Assembly: GCF_009834535.1 (NCBI RefSeq)
Contig: NC_045696.1
Coordinates: forward strand, 12,216,001-12,280,000
DNA: 64,000 bases
DNA from: Camelus ferus
Lineage: Eukaryota
Direction: 5' to 3'
Position 1 is the stretch's first letter. Each line of letters starts with the position of its first letter. Positions 11,868 to 25,925 of the stretch are shown here, in pieces. A model generated the notes under the pieces. The model saw only the letters and a program-made list of their open reading frames with translations. It did not search any database and was not told the DNA's origin. Both the position numbers and the translations under genes were made by a program.

Positions 11868-12637
11868 AAATGCTAGAAAGTGTGTGAAGAAAAGGGAAAC
11901 TCCTACACTCTTGGTGGGAATGTAGTTTGGTGCAGCCATTATGGAAAACAGTATGGAGATTCCTCAAAAAACTAAAAAGAGACTTACCATATGATCCAGC
12001 AATCACACTTCTGGGTATATATCTGGAGGGAACTCTAATTTGAAAAGATACACGGACCACAGTGTTCATAGCAGCAGTTTATACAGTAGCCTAGACATGG
12101 AAACAACCTAAATGTCCATCGACAGATGACTGGATAAAGAAGTTGTGGTGTATTATACAATGGAATACTACTCAGCCATAAAAAAGAATAAAATAATGCC
12201 ATTTGTAGCAACATGGATGGACCTAAAGATCATCATTCTAAGTGAAGTAAGCCAGAAAGAGAAGGGAAAATACTGTATATCACTCATATATGGCATCTTA
12301 AAAAAAAAATAAGAAAAAAAGGGACACTAATGAACTCATCTACCAAACAGAAACAGACTCACAGACACAGTAAACAATCATGGTTACGGGGAAAGGGGGT
12401 GGGAACCAATAAATTTAGGAGTTTGAGATTTGCAAATGTTAGCCACTATGCATATAAATAGATTTTTATAAGTGTCTGCTGTATAGCACAAAAAACTATG
12501 TTCAATAACTCATAATAAAGTTTAATGAAAAAGAATATGAAAACAAATATATGTATGTATATGCATGACGGGACATTGTGTTGTACACCAGAAACTGACA
12601 CGTTGTAACTGATTGTACTTCAAATAAATAAATAAAT
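11868..12637 (+). mobile_element. young L1, end of ORF2 plus 3'UTR
   Basis: ggtgggaatgtagtttggtgcagccattatggaaaacagtatggagattcc ... tacttcaaataaataaataa; TSD gtcattgaa. Confidence 0.95.
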
Positions 12638-15249
12638 GACGTCATTGAACATTTCAGAGGAGATCTCATAACTGCAAAAAAGAAAAAAAGCTGATGGCTG
12701 GACCAATGCAATAGCATGGCTAGTTGTCTTTGGTAAGGGCTGTGTTCATCACCAGTTACATCACTAAGATACATCAGGCAATACAGAGTCTAGTCTTCTG
12801 ATAGTTGATTTGTCTAAAGTAGAAATCCAGTCACTATATGGTTTGGTCTTAAATATCTATCCATCTAGAAAACAAATGAAAATCTATTACTAGTACTTAC
12901 AGGTCAGATATGACTTGGAGCTATTTCTTAAACACTCACTTATGGATCATATGAGTATAAATAATATGAAGTGATACCTCTGGAGCAGACACCCAAAGGC
13001 CACAAGATATTTCCCAAAGTGGATGTGAGTATATGATGGAAGCAATATTTTGATCAATCTCAAATATTGTTTCCAAAACATTTCTCAAATCTGTCCTTCA
13101 TTTCTGCTCATGCTGCCACTTCCCTGGTTTAGATCTTATTTAGCCCTCTTTTGATCTAATTCAGTCACTTATTATAAGTTGGCGAAACACCTTCAAGACC
13201 CAGCAACGTTGGCAGAAAGAACTAGTGGCTGAGGGACCAGCGACAGGCAGCCCTCCCTTGGACAAATGCCAGCCCACAAGGACAGTCCCTCGCCTTCACT
13301 TTGAGCTTTGAGAAGGAAGTTTCTGAGAGTTAAGGTTGTTGGGACACATCTTTATTAAACTAGCTATACTCAGAGTCTCCAAAAAACCTAAAATATTAGA
13401 AATAGGTGAACTCGGCAGTATTTAACCTCATTAAATCTGAGTTTTCTTATCTGGAGGGTCAATATGACAGTATGGGCCTGGCCTGCTCTCTGTACCTCTC
13501 TGTGTTCCAGTTTCTTGTAGTAAAAAGAGGAAAAGGAAGTTTAAAACTCAAGTTAACCAACAGAGATGGTGCATGGGATTTATATTCACTTTCAAGTCAG
13601 GGTTTTGTGACGTTAATTTTAGCCATTCAGACCCGCTTAGGAACTATTTAGTCCTAGTTCCAATTTCTGACAATGCTCAAGAACAGAAAAGTTGTCAGAC
13701 CTCTGAGCCCCAGATAAGTGTGATTGATGCTCTAAACTGCGCTGTGATCTGCAGAGAAAATCAGTTACACTTCTGTGCAGCACATTCAGGGTCCTCACTT
13801 GATCACAGGCCTCTAACATCAATGAGAATTAGCGTTCAGATATTTCCTGTTTAACTTATATGGGGGGTGTATTTATCTTTTGGGGTTTTTTTAATAACAA
13901 CATAACTGTTAAAGCTTCTTAGCAAATTCCTTTGGTGTGCATTCTTCTAAAAGTAAATCATTTTAAGCTTAATTGACATCAGACCAGTTTCACTACAACA
14001 AGAGCTTCCTTTCGGTTGGAATTGAAAGGGAAGGCATCTCCTTATCAGTTATTTCCAATCCAAGTCTCTGCTCCTCACCCCACATTAGCTTGCCTACCTT
14101 CTGCTGTTCTCATCCAAGCAGGAAACGTCCTTAACAAAAGCAGGAACAATTTAGAAATCAGACAGACTGACCCAGTAGCTGAGAAATTGTAAAGTAAATC
14201 CTCACTGGAGTTCGTTTTGGGACTTGATTTTTCATCATGGGCTAGAAAGGGTGTTTACCCCTTCAGAGCCACCATAGCTGTCTCTCTGAAGAAAGATAAA
14301 CTGTGCTCAGGACTCAAAGATGAGATAACATGACTGGTTGTGAACAGAAGGCTAGAAGCTCTGGCAGGTTCGCTGCACAATCCCTTAGATAAATTCAAAG
14401 GGATTACCTTAGGCTTGCTGTGTGATCGGCACAAAAGTCCATCAGCCGAGTGGAACGACCCAGTGCTAGCCACTGCTAGGCACTGTGCATTGTGGCCTTC
14501 TGACCTGACACACAGGCAGTCCAGGAGACAGAAGGAACGCTCTAGGCAAATTACCTACAATAACTTTTTTAGGGGTGTGTCTAATTTTGGATTTTTTTTC
14601 CCGCATTTATTTACTTGGCAAGTCTTTGAATTCCAGAAACGCAGAAGTCAGCCAGTCTGCCAGCCCGATGGGCTTGATGGATTGTCTGTCTACTGTACAC
14701 TCTCTGGACATCAGCACTTTTGGGGAGCTTAGGCAGAAGATAAGAAAGATCTAGATTTAGTAGTCATTGTTGCATTGTTACATGAGCCAGTGGTACCAGC
14801 CTCTAAAGCTATAAATAGTAAGGGAACTGAGGCCAGAGAGCCAGGGTGAAGGGTTGTCTGGGCTGGAGCTATTTGTGCACTGGAATAAATCACTTGGAAA
14901 CAGGTCAAGGTGAAGTCAGAGTGCCTGAAACCATTGTGTGCACCTTATCAAAAAGAGGTTTTCCTTTTCCATCTGTCAGTCAGACTCCGCATGAAAACCA
15001 GAGACAGAAATACCACCCTGCCAACAGCTTCTGTTGGCTAAGACTGAGGCTTTCCTCCTCGTCTATAATTCTAGAATATCAAATGTAAAACAGTGACGCT
15101 TGGCTAATGGTATTTTGGCAGGGTGGACATTTGATTGGATATTTCAAGCATTCCTCTTTGTTCTGTACCCATTTTGGCTTTGCAGGAGATTTTTATGGAA
15201 AAATGTCATATTTTTGTTAATGTCGTTATAATTCCTTTTTGCCTAGAAT

Positions 15250-16000
15250 TGTAATCAGATCTCAATGTGAAGAAGACTCATACTATAAATAGAGGAAAAA
15301 GAAAAGAAAAAAATGGGTTCTTACATAACATCACACACTAGTGTGGTCTCCAGATTAATTAAAGACTTTAATGAAAATGGTAAAACAGTAAAGTTTATAG
15401 CAAAAAAAAAAATCCTAGAATATCTGTGGCAGGGTCCAGAAAAGATAGCTTTAAAAAATACGAAAAACATAAATATAAAGAAAAATTATCATTTTTATGA
15501 CATCAAAATAAAGATTACTAGTCAATGAATCACAGCATAAACAAAGAGGAAGATGGCAAAAAGGTAGAAGATATTTGAAATTTCTAAAATATTATAGAAT
15601 AGATTTCTATAAATCAACAAAGAAATAGATAAAGATGCCCCAGGGAAAAGAAAAAAGCCAAACTCATGAACAGATGATTTTTAGAAGAAACCAGAAAAGC
15701 ACATAAATATTTAAAGCACATATTTAAAATCATTAGATCATTAGTGATTATTAGTGTCATAGTAATGAGACAATATAAATGAAAACAAGATTTTACTTTG
15801 CCCCTTTTAGACGAAGACTAGATAATGCCATGTGAGAATTCAGGGATCTGGGACCCTGGTGAACAGTGTCATTTGGAGAGCAAATCTCTCAACAGATAAC
15901 ACAGAATGAAAAGGTTACAACCTGTGTAATCCTAATTTTGTTACTGGATATGTGGCTCAAAGATATTCTCTCACAGGTCCATAGGGGTAAAGTCAAGTAT
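15250..16000 (+). mobile_element. old L1 (L1ME-like) ORF2 3' remnant
   Basis: cagattaattaaagactttaatg...aactcatgaacagatgattttt...; A-rich L1 pattern. Confidence 0.6.
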
Positions 16001-16849
16001 GTTAACTATCAAATACTTTAAAAATGCAGTGATGCACAAAGCATACTATAACAAACAGACACACGCACACCATCTAGAATTACCAATGGTGACATCTTCA
16101 ATTATTTTTTTAAGAATTAAAATCCTGTAGATAGTACCAAATTTCTCATTCATCACCATAACTTTCCCATCTCCTGTCTTTGCTCTACATACATCAAAGA
16201 CATCAATACCACGATTTTGCTTTGCATCCCTGCAGTTCATTTTGTGTATTTAGACTTACATAGACATTACACATACTCAGTATCTAATATACATCATTTT
16301 CAACAGGTAAAGTTTCTTGAAAATATGCATAAATGTCATCAAAATACAGTAGCATTCTAACCTTTACTATTTTCACTTAATTTTTCAACTTTATTAATAA
16401 TTATATGGATATTATATTGTAATTTATATAGATGTTATGAAAATATATAAAATGAATACAGTAAAATGTATATCACCCTCCTATTTCTGAACCCCCATCA
16501 CTAAGTTTTTTTCCCTGAATCTCTGATTTAGCTACCATTATCAATTTTGGAGACACTCTCCATAGAAACATATATGTATACAAGACCTCCCTTTTATGCC
16601 AAATGTATCTTAAAGTTTAGAATCAGTTCATTGACCATTAGTAGTTATTTATCACCCAAAATGACTTGCTTTTTGCTTCATTTCTTTAATCCCCCTTTTC
16701 AAGCTAATTTGTTTATGTATATATAGCAAGAGCACTGAATTTATTTTTTGATTTTATTATTTGTTTTAACCTTCCTCAGGGCTCAGAAATGTTTTATAAA
16801 TAATTATGCATATATGTTCTACAATACCCTTTTCAAAGGCTCATAACTG

Positions 16850-17900
16850 ACCCACTCTACACTTTGTTCTTCCATTCAAAGATCACTTTTTAACATTACA
16901 TTTGAAGTTAATGTTGCAAATTCATTTTTCCTTGAGAGAACTTTTCCTTACATTTATACTTTCCCAAAATTTTTCATATGTTCCATTAATCAAAGAAGGA
17001 AGTATATGGCATTTTTTTTTTTACTTCATAAGTAAAATCCAGACATCATGATATTCTCAACCGTTAAGTCATCTTACACAAAAGCTTCCCATATGCTTCA
17101 TATGGCCGTGGATTGGGACCATGTCCAGGTAGACGGTGAAGTCAGTGGGGTGTCAGGGAGTCCTGGGAAGCTGTTAGCTGGAGATTGTAGTATCAGGAGG
17201 GAACCTGCTCATCGGCTGCCCTGCACTTCCTTGTAGTTCATTATATTCCCCTACTGTCTTAAGCCTATAATCAAGAAGGAGGGCCACTGTTATATCCTGC
17301 ATAAAAATTTAGGCTATTAATTTTAGTGCACTCTTGCCTGACAAGAATGTGTTCTTTTTTTTTTATTTGGGGAGAGAGATTGTTTCCAGTATCTTTGAAA
17401 ATCTTTATGGAGTTACTCAAACTAGATTCCCCACCCTCACCCTGAGGATGAAGAGTCAACCAGATTGCTCATGTTGGTTGCCAGAATGAAGGGTGATAAC
17501 ATCAGTGTGGACCCCAGTCCTCATCCTGTTTCCTACCTCCATCTCCAGCAAGCCTTCCAGTGCCTTTAGATTGACCTCATGTTTCTAACAGGTGAACCCA
17601 CTAGGCCAGCTGTCATTTGCAGTTTCCAGGATGGAATTGGTCCCTGCCTTTATAGCTTCTTGCCTGGGACTGCAATGGATTTTCATTATCTGTGGTCCCC
17701 TTTTGTTCACCTTTTGGATCTAGACTGATGACTGAATTCTTTTCTCACACATCTCATTCCTTAGTGATAGGATAGCTTATTTAAGTTGTTTATCTCTCAG
17801 TTCTGTTCCTGCCAATCTCTTGATTTTTATCCTGGCTTTTTCATCTTTGGGGAATTTTTGTAGGATTTAGGTGCCTGCCTGCTATAATTTCAGAATTTTT
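16850..17900 (-). mobile_element. old L1/HAL1 5' region remnant
   Basis: T-rich antisense L1 pattern, ending in gcctgcctgctataatttcagaa (antisense of an L1 start). Confidence 0.45.
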
Positions 17901-18589
17901 CTAAGTTCCAGTTTTATTTGCTAGCGTTGTTTAACCCAAAAACGTCTTCAGTTAATGTTGAGTGCAATTACTCACTTGGTCCTCATCCTCCAACTTCTGC
18001 CTTTACAAAAGGGTGTTCTTTCAGGCCTGATTCATTATCATGAGACCCTGGCACCTTTTGTCTGACACCTGCTTCCTCCTCCCATCAGCACTCTGCCTCT
18101 CCATACTGACTCCTGAGTTAGCACTGACAGTGCTATTTCCCAGGAAGTCTCTGCTGGATCCACTTCATTTCTTTCTAAGGCTCATTCACACCATGCTGTG
18201 TCTCAACTCGAGTTACTCTGATACCATATCTGGGAAGATGTATCTCAGAATGAGTAGCAAATAGACTCTGCTTCCTATTTTTCTTCAAGAAGCCAAATTC
18301 TAAAATTTGATCATCTATAGGAATAAAATACCTTTCATTTTTTTCTCCATGATATAAGGAGACAAAGAAGGAAATTAAGAAGAAAAAAAAGAAAGTAAAA
18401 TTGCAGTCACGTCTCTACCTGTTATGAGTTGAATCACTGCCCACCCCCAAAAAAAGGTATGTTGGTGTCCACATCCCCAATACCTTAGAATGTGGCCTTA
18501 TTTGGAAATAGAGTTTTTGCAGATGTAATTAGTTAAGTTAAAAATGAAGTCAGCCTGGAGCAGGATTCATTGCTAATCCAGTGTCATAG

Positions 18590-18750
18590 TTTTTTTATTT
18601 GCTTGATTTGTTTTTTTCAGAGTTATTTATTTACTTTTTTTAGTTGAAGTATAGTCAGTTTACAATATTGTGTCAATTTCTGGTGTATAGCATTATGTTT
18701 CAGTCATACATATACGTACATATATTCCTTCTCATATTCTTTTTCATTTT
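18590..18750 (-). mobile_element. young L1 3' end
   Basis: ttgaagtatagtcagtttacaatattgtgtcaatttctggtgtatagc. Confidence 0.9.
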
Positions 18751-18879
18751 CATTTATAAGGATGACCATGTGAAGACAAACACAGATAGAATGCCAGGCG
18801 AAGATGGGGGCACAGATCGGAGTAGACAAGCCAAGGATAGCCAAGTATTGCTGGCTGTCCCCAGAAGCTAGGAGAGAAG

Positions 18880-19316
18880 TGTTAAGATTAAATATAAAAT
18901 GGAAACCAGACTTGAGATTCCCCAGAGCAGACAAAACCATTTAAGCCATGTAAGCAAAACCAGATCTAGCTTTTTTCATGAACGTAAGCGAAACTTAAGT
19001 CATTGTTTGTAAATGACTCTGACAATCACAAAAGAAACTTACATCATCTTCCTAAAATTGGTGTGAGTTGATCACCCTTAACCAGTCCTTTGCCATCTAG
19101 AAACCCCTCTTGTAATAACCAATCCTTGTGAAGGGTAATGACTTCCTCGTTTTTACTTTGCAAGCCATCCTGTAACTCCATGCCCCTGAACTTCACATCT
19201 GTCTTTGAATTTGGAAGTTCCCATTCATGAACTGCTTTTATATGCACAGTAAACTCTTATTAAGTACTATTTATTAATTTGATGGTTTAAAATTTGCTAT
19301 TTCTGAATTTTTGACA
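18880..19316 (+). mobile_element. ERV1-class solo LTR
   Basis: TG...CA termini (tgttaagatt...ttttgaca), exact 4-bp TSD gaag, polyA-like agtaaa near the 3' end. Confidence 0.8.
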
Positions 19317-21127
19317 GAAGCATGGAACAAATTCTCCCTCAGAGCTCTCAGAAGGAACCAAATCTACTGCCATATTGACATTGGACTTCCTGGCCTTCAG
19401 AAATATGAGACAATAAATTTCTGTTGGTTAAGCTACCCAGTCTGGGTCATTGTTATGGCAGCCACAGAAAACTGATACACCAGTTATGTTGATGTAAGAA
19501 ACAAAGTAAGTGGAGATACTGCTACTGGATTAATAGATTATCCATGATTTACATGGAGAGTAACACTGTTAACAACATGAAAGTTAAGTTCTAATTTGCA
19601 TAGAAATATATCTTGTTCCTTGTGGTCCTGTTCCAAGAGAATGCCATCACTTAGAAAGATTAAGTATTTTTCTTTTCCACAAAACATATTTTTTTCACAT
19701 CATAAAATGAACATCATTAAAGAATAAACTTTCCCAGTAATGTATTTGGTTTCATATAACAGTAAAATATGCAGTACAGGAAAGAATGTGTTTTATCATG
19801 GCTACAAAATCAGCTTTTTGAATAGAATTTGTAACATAATTCGTTTGTCAGTTGTAAGGAAAATTAAATAAAATGCTGAATCAATTCGTAGTTCAGATGT
19901 TTCAATCTTTTAAATGTACTGGTGGAGAAGATAGATGTATATATACACACACATAATTTTTGAGTTATTTGTTTCCACACACATTTCTAGCTGTAACATA
20001 TGTAAGATAGTGTTTGACTTTTGAAAAATATGAACATATAAATAATACTGATTCTCTACTTAGTCTGAATTGATCCTCAAAACTTTCTTTTTAATTGTGA
20101 ACTTATTGCAGGATTAAAAAAGAAATCCGTGACTTCTCTACTTGCATAGAATTGTGTGATAATTGTTCATTTCTCCTTTCTTGCCTTCTGTTCTGAGACT
20201 GGGTCCTTAGTAAAAGGAGTACAATAGCTACATTCCTTGAAGACTATGTGCTAGTCGCTGTGCTAAGGCTTAATCATTGTCACATTAAACAGCAAATTCA
20301 AAAGGTCTGAATGGCCTTGGTATCAGTTGTTCCAAGGATTTACTTATAGTTACCAGGTCACCATTTCCATTCAATATTGAATTGGAGGCCACTTCAAACA
20401 ACATGATTGATACCAGATTAAATTTTTTTTTAATATCCCAATGTGTTTTTAAGATGGTGGAGAATACCAGACAGTTTGTTATTCCAAAGGTAGTGTTTGT
20501 CTTGCTTTACAGACATAGCTTGAGTTTAGTACACTGACTGTGAGACTTGGAATCCTCCTTCTGACCACTAAACTCATTTTGCAAAGTGCAGTTGCCAATA
20601 GCTGGCAGTAGTATATTTTTGAATTGATACTCAAAAACATTTGTCAACTTGGGCCCAAAATCATTAAATGGAAGAAACATGTTTACTCATTTTCCTCTTT
20701 TTCAGAAGAACTTGAAGAATTCTTCATATGATGACAACAGGAAATTAAATAAAGTCCAAATCACATTTTTGTTTTCTGGGTTTTTTCAATATTTGGAAAT
20801 GCTCACTTATATTATTCAGATTCATTTCCTAATTCTGAAATTGACATAGATTCTAAGGAACAAAATATCCTACTTTTCACTGCACAAGTACACACAAATA
20901 CACAGCAATAACAACAAAAAATCATCTATTCTAATTTGGCCATAAGTGAATTATATATATTGGAACTAGACAGATATTGATGGTCAGAACTGGGTCTAGA
21001 CGGCTTAAATTATATCCAATTATAAAACATGTTTTAGCAATTTTTCTTCTCAGACTTTATCAGTATTTTCTGAGTTTAATTGCTTCCCATTACCTATTTG
21101 TTTCACCTATGTTAATACTGTTTTTCC

Positions 21128-24100
21128 AGGTCACCAAGACAGCAACATAGGAGACTCCTAAATACTCCTTCTCCAATTACTCACAAAATATACAGCCACA
21201 TGCAAAGAAATTCCCTCTGAGAGAAATCAAAAAACTATTTGAGTGACTCTGACACACGGGGTGACAGAAAATATCTGCATCGAAATAGGTCAGTAGTATT
21301 GAGACCCTCTCACCATAAGCCCACCCTCCACACAGTGCCATACAGTCAGGAGGAAACTGCTAACTCCCAGCTTCTCTGTGAGAAGTAAAGGGATGGACCA
21401 AACCTCTTGCACCTCAACTTTTAAGGCTGACACCTGTGAGACAGGGCCCCAAATCACCTAACTCAGAAAGCCAACAGCGCTTGTGTTCATGAGTCCCAGG
21501 ACACTACAGCAAATAAGGAAGCGATTGTTAATAGGCACAAGAGCACTCACTATGGCTATACCTCCCAGGCCCAGTGCAGAGAGAGTAGGTAAAAATACCT
21601 GTATCCCAGTCTTTCTCCAGAAAGGATTTGACTGCATATTTTATAAGCTGATGCCTGAGGGTCCAGCTTCTAATTAGCATGAATCTAGGTGCTGACTGTA
21701 ATCTTCCCTGGAGCCCAAAAGAGTCACTAGGCACTTTCTCCTACTTCTGTCAGTGGCTTACTCCAGTGAAACCAAGTCACCAGCATATCCCTGAACGGAG
21801 GTTGTTCACACATCCAGCACATCAGCTGCTATGGTGACCTCCCAAGGGGCTGGCTCCCAAATCAACTAGTTCTGGGAACTAATGGCTGCTCAGCATTCAT
21901 GAGTCCCCCAGGGATCACACATGAACAAAGAGGTTCTATCTGGGCACACAGGTACTCATAGTGATTATTCCCTCTGACTCAAGACAAAGCAAAAATACCC
22001 AATCTCAATTTCTCTTTGGTAGGGGATAATCTGTATATCTAACATTCTGATGTTCCCAGCTGCTGCATCAAATGTACATATAGACTGAAGTGAAGGGATG
22101 GAAAGAGATATTCCATGCAAATAAGAATCAAAAGAGAGAAGAGGTAGTTATAATGATGTCCAACAAAAGAGATGTTAAGCCAAAGACTGTAACAGGAGAC
22201 AAAGAAAGTCATTATATGGTGATAATAGCATCACTTAATCAGGAGGATATAACAATTGTAAATATTTAATGCACTTAGCACTGAAGCACCTAAACACAGA
22301 AAGCCAATATTAATAGATATGAAGAGAGAAATGGAGAGCAAACAACATAGGTAAGTAAATACTCCACTTAGAATGGATTGACCATCCACACAGAAAATAA
22401 ATATGGAAACATTGGATTTAAAGGCATGTTAGACCAGATGAACCTAACTGAAAAATACAAAACACCCCATCCAGCAGCAGCAGGATAAGCATTCTTCTCA
22501 AGCATACAAGAAATAGGCTCCAGGATAAATCATGTGTTAGGCTACAAAACAAGTCTTGATAGATGTGAGAAGACTAAAATCATATCAAGCATCTTTTCCA
22601 ACAAAAATGATAGTAAATCTAGAAATCAATTACAGGAAGAAAACTAGAAAATTCCCATGTATGTGGAGAATAAACAACATGCTCATAAACAAACAATAGT
22701 TCAAAGAAGAAATCAAATGGAAAATCAAAAAAATCTTGAAACAAATGAAAAAGGAAGCACAACAAACCAAAGTTTATGGGATACAGCAAAAGAGGAAAGT
22801 TTATAGCAATAATGACCTATATTAAAGAAAAAATTCAATGAAACTTTACAATTCAATGAACAAGAAGATGAAGAACAAACAAAATCCAAAGTTAACAGAA
22901 GGAAGGCAATAATAAAAGTCAGAGCAGAAATAAGTAAAATAGGGATTATAAACACAATATAAAGATCAATAAAAATAAGAACTGTTTTAAAAAATAAACT
23001 TGAGAAACTTTTGCTAGATTAACTAAGGAGAAAAGAAAGTAATAAAAATCAGAAATGAAAAAGGAGACATTAAAACTGATAACAGAGAAATGCTATGGAT
23101 CATAAGAAATTACTATGAACAATTAGATGCTACTAAATTTGATAACTTAAAAGAAATGAATCTAGAAACATACAACTCACCAAGACTGAATCATAAAGAA
23201 ATAAAAAATCTGTACAGACCAACTACTAGTGAGGAGACTGAATCAGTAATCAAAAACTTCCGAACAAAGAAAAGCCCAGGGCCAGATGGCTTCACTGGTG
23301 AATTCTAACAAATATTTGAAGAAGAAATAATACCAATCCTTCTCAAGCTCTTCCAAAAACATTGAAGAAGAGGGAATATTTCCAAAATAATTTTACAAAG
23401 CCAGCATTACCCTAATACCAAAGCCTGCCAAGGACACTACAAGAACAGGAAATTACAGGTCAATATCTCTGATAAGCATAGATGCAAAAAATCCTCAGCA
23501 AAATACTACCAAACCTAATTAACAGTACCTGAAAAGAATCATGCACTATGATCAAGCAGAATTTATTCCAGGGATGCATATAATTTTAACATATGCAGAT
23601 CAATCAATGTTATATACCACATTAACAAAATGAAGGATAAAATTCATATATCACCTCAATAGATGCAGAAAAGCAGTTGACAAAATTCAACATCTCTTCA
23701 TGATAAAAACTCTCAACAAACTGTGTATAGATGGAACGTACCTCAACATAATAAAGGCCATATATGACAAACCCACAGCTAACAACATACTCAGTGCTAA
23801 AAACTGAAAAATTTTTCTTCTAAGATTGGGAAAAAAACAAGGATGCTCATTCTTACCAATTTTATTCAACATGGTACTGGCAGTCTTAACCAGAGTGTAG
23901 TTAGGCAAGAAAAATAACTAAAAGACATCCGAATTAGAAAGAAAGAAAGAAAATTGTCTCTGCAGATAGCGTGATTTATATATGTATATACATAGAAAAC
24001 CCTAAAGACGCCACAAAAAGTGAAATGAATTTATAAAGTTGCATTACACAAAATAAATATAAAAAATCAGTTGTGTTTCTATCCATTAAGAATAAACTAT

Positions 24101-25680
24101 CAGAAAGAGGCATTAAGAAAACAATCTTATATATGATAGCATCAAAAGGAGAAACATACTTAGAAACAAATTTAACCAAAGAGGTGAAAGATCTGTACAG
24201 TGAACTTTATAAAGCATTGATGAAAGAAATTGAAGACAAAAATAACTGGAAAGATATTTGTATGTTCATGGATTGGAAATATTAATATTGTTAAAATGTC
24301 CATATTATCCAAAGTGATAAAGAGTCAATGCAGTCCCTATCAAAATGCCTATGACATTTTTCACAGAAATAGAAAAAAAAAATCCTAAAAGTCATAAGGA
24401 ACTATAAATGACCTTGAATAGTCAAAGAAATCTTGGGAAAGAACAATAAAACTAGAGGTGTCACACTACCATTTCAAACTATATTACAAAGCTGTAGTAA
24501 TCAAAACAGTATGGTATTGGTATTTTTTAAAAAATCATCAATAGAACAGAATAGAGGGTGCAGAAATAAACCCACATATAAATGGTTAATTAATTTTCAG
24601 TAAATGAGCCAAGAATGTTAATATTCCAAAATATTCAACAAACTCATGCAACTCAATTGCAAAAGAACAAATAACCCAATTAAAAAATGGGCAAAGGACC
24701 TGAAAACACATTTTTCCAGTGAAGACATACAATTAGCCAACAGGTTGATGAAAAGGTGCTCAACACTACTTATCAATAGAGAAATGCAAAACAAAATCAC
24801 AATGTGAGATCACCACACATCTGTTAGAATGACTATTGTAAAAAGACAGGAGGTAACAAATGCTGGCAAGGACGTTGAGAAAAAGGAACCCTTTTGCATT
24901 GTTGGTGGAATGTAAGCTGTTGCAGTGACTATGGAAAACAGTATGGAGATTCCTCAAGAAATTAAAATAGAATTATCATATGATCCAGCAATTCCTCCTC
25001 TGGTTATATATTCAAAGGAAATGAAATACTGAAATTATATCTACACCTCCATGTTCATTGCAACATTATTCACAACAGCTAATATATGGAAACAACCTAA
25101 GTGTCGGTCAAAGGATGGATGGATAAAGAAAACATGGTATCTATAGATATTATATATAATATGTATACATGCATATATTTGCAGATGAACAATATCTATA
25201 TACATACACAATGGAATATTATTCCGTCTTTCAAAAGAAGGAAATCCTGACATTTGCAACAACATTGATGAAACTGGAAAGCATTATGCTAAGTGAGATA
25301 AACCAGACAGAAAAAGGCAAATTCTGCATGGTGTCACTTATATGTGAAACCTAAAAACTAAAATTAAAGCTAGGTGTTGGGGGAAGCAAGGAGAGGTTGG
25401 TAAAAAGGCACAAACATTCAATTATAAGATTAAGTTATGAGGAGCTAATGTACAACATCATGACTATAGTTGATAATATTGTATAGTGAAATTTGCTAAG
25501 AGAGTAAAACTTAAGTGGTCTCACACACAAAAAGGTAAATATACAAAATGAGGGGCATGTTAATTAACTCAATGGTGGAAATCCTTTCACAATGTATACG
25601 TACATCAAATCATCATGTATATACTCTAACTATATTACAATTTTGTCAATTATACGTAAGTAAAGCTGAAAAAAGAAAAA
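21128..25680 (+). mobile_element. long decayed L1 (L1MA-like): 5'UTR, no ORF1, fragmented ORF2, 3'UTR
   Basis: ORF2 remnants such as KKSPGPDGFTGEF (23090-23308) and YLETNLTKEVKDLYSE; 3' end aataggt-type tail taaagctgaaaaaagaaaaa; many stops and frameshifts. Confidence 0.95.
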
Positions 25681-25739
25681 GTAGCTTTCCAATTATTTTA
25701 AAGTCTTAATGGGGTGAGTTATCTTAGGCACTGATAGAA

Positions 25740-25925
25740 TTCAGACATTTGTAGAATGCTTTAATGATTTTAGATGCAATTATATTTAGTTCTCAAACAA
25801 CCCTGTCTCTACTTGACCAATGAAGAAATTGAGAAATGTTAAATTATTTGTAATAGTCACACAGCTGATAAATGATAGACTTGGAATATGGATTTAATTT
25901 TTATTCTGTATGCTATACTCTCTGC
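25740..25925 (-). mobile_element. MIR remnant
   Basis: ttctcaaacaaccctg...aatgaagaaattgagaaatgttaaattatttg...gtcacacagctgataaatg. Confidence 0.7.

Larger units (their letters stand above)
18420..19479 (+). mobile_element. MaLR solo LTR (MLT1C-like), split by two later insertions
   Basis: tgttatgagttgaatcactg ... gttatggcagccacagaaaactgataca. Confidence 0.85.

Noticed and set aside
22725..25354. Cluster of ORFs on both strands
   Set aside because: Fragments and antisense frames of a dead L1 ORF2; not an intact gene or active element
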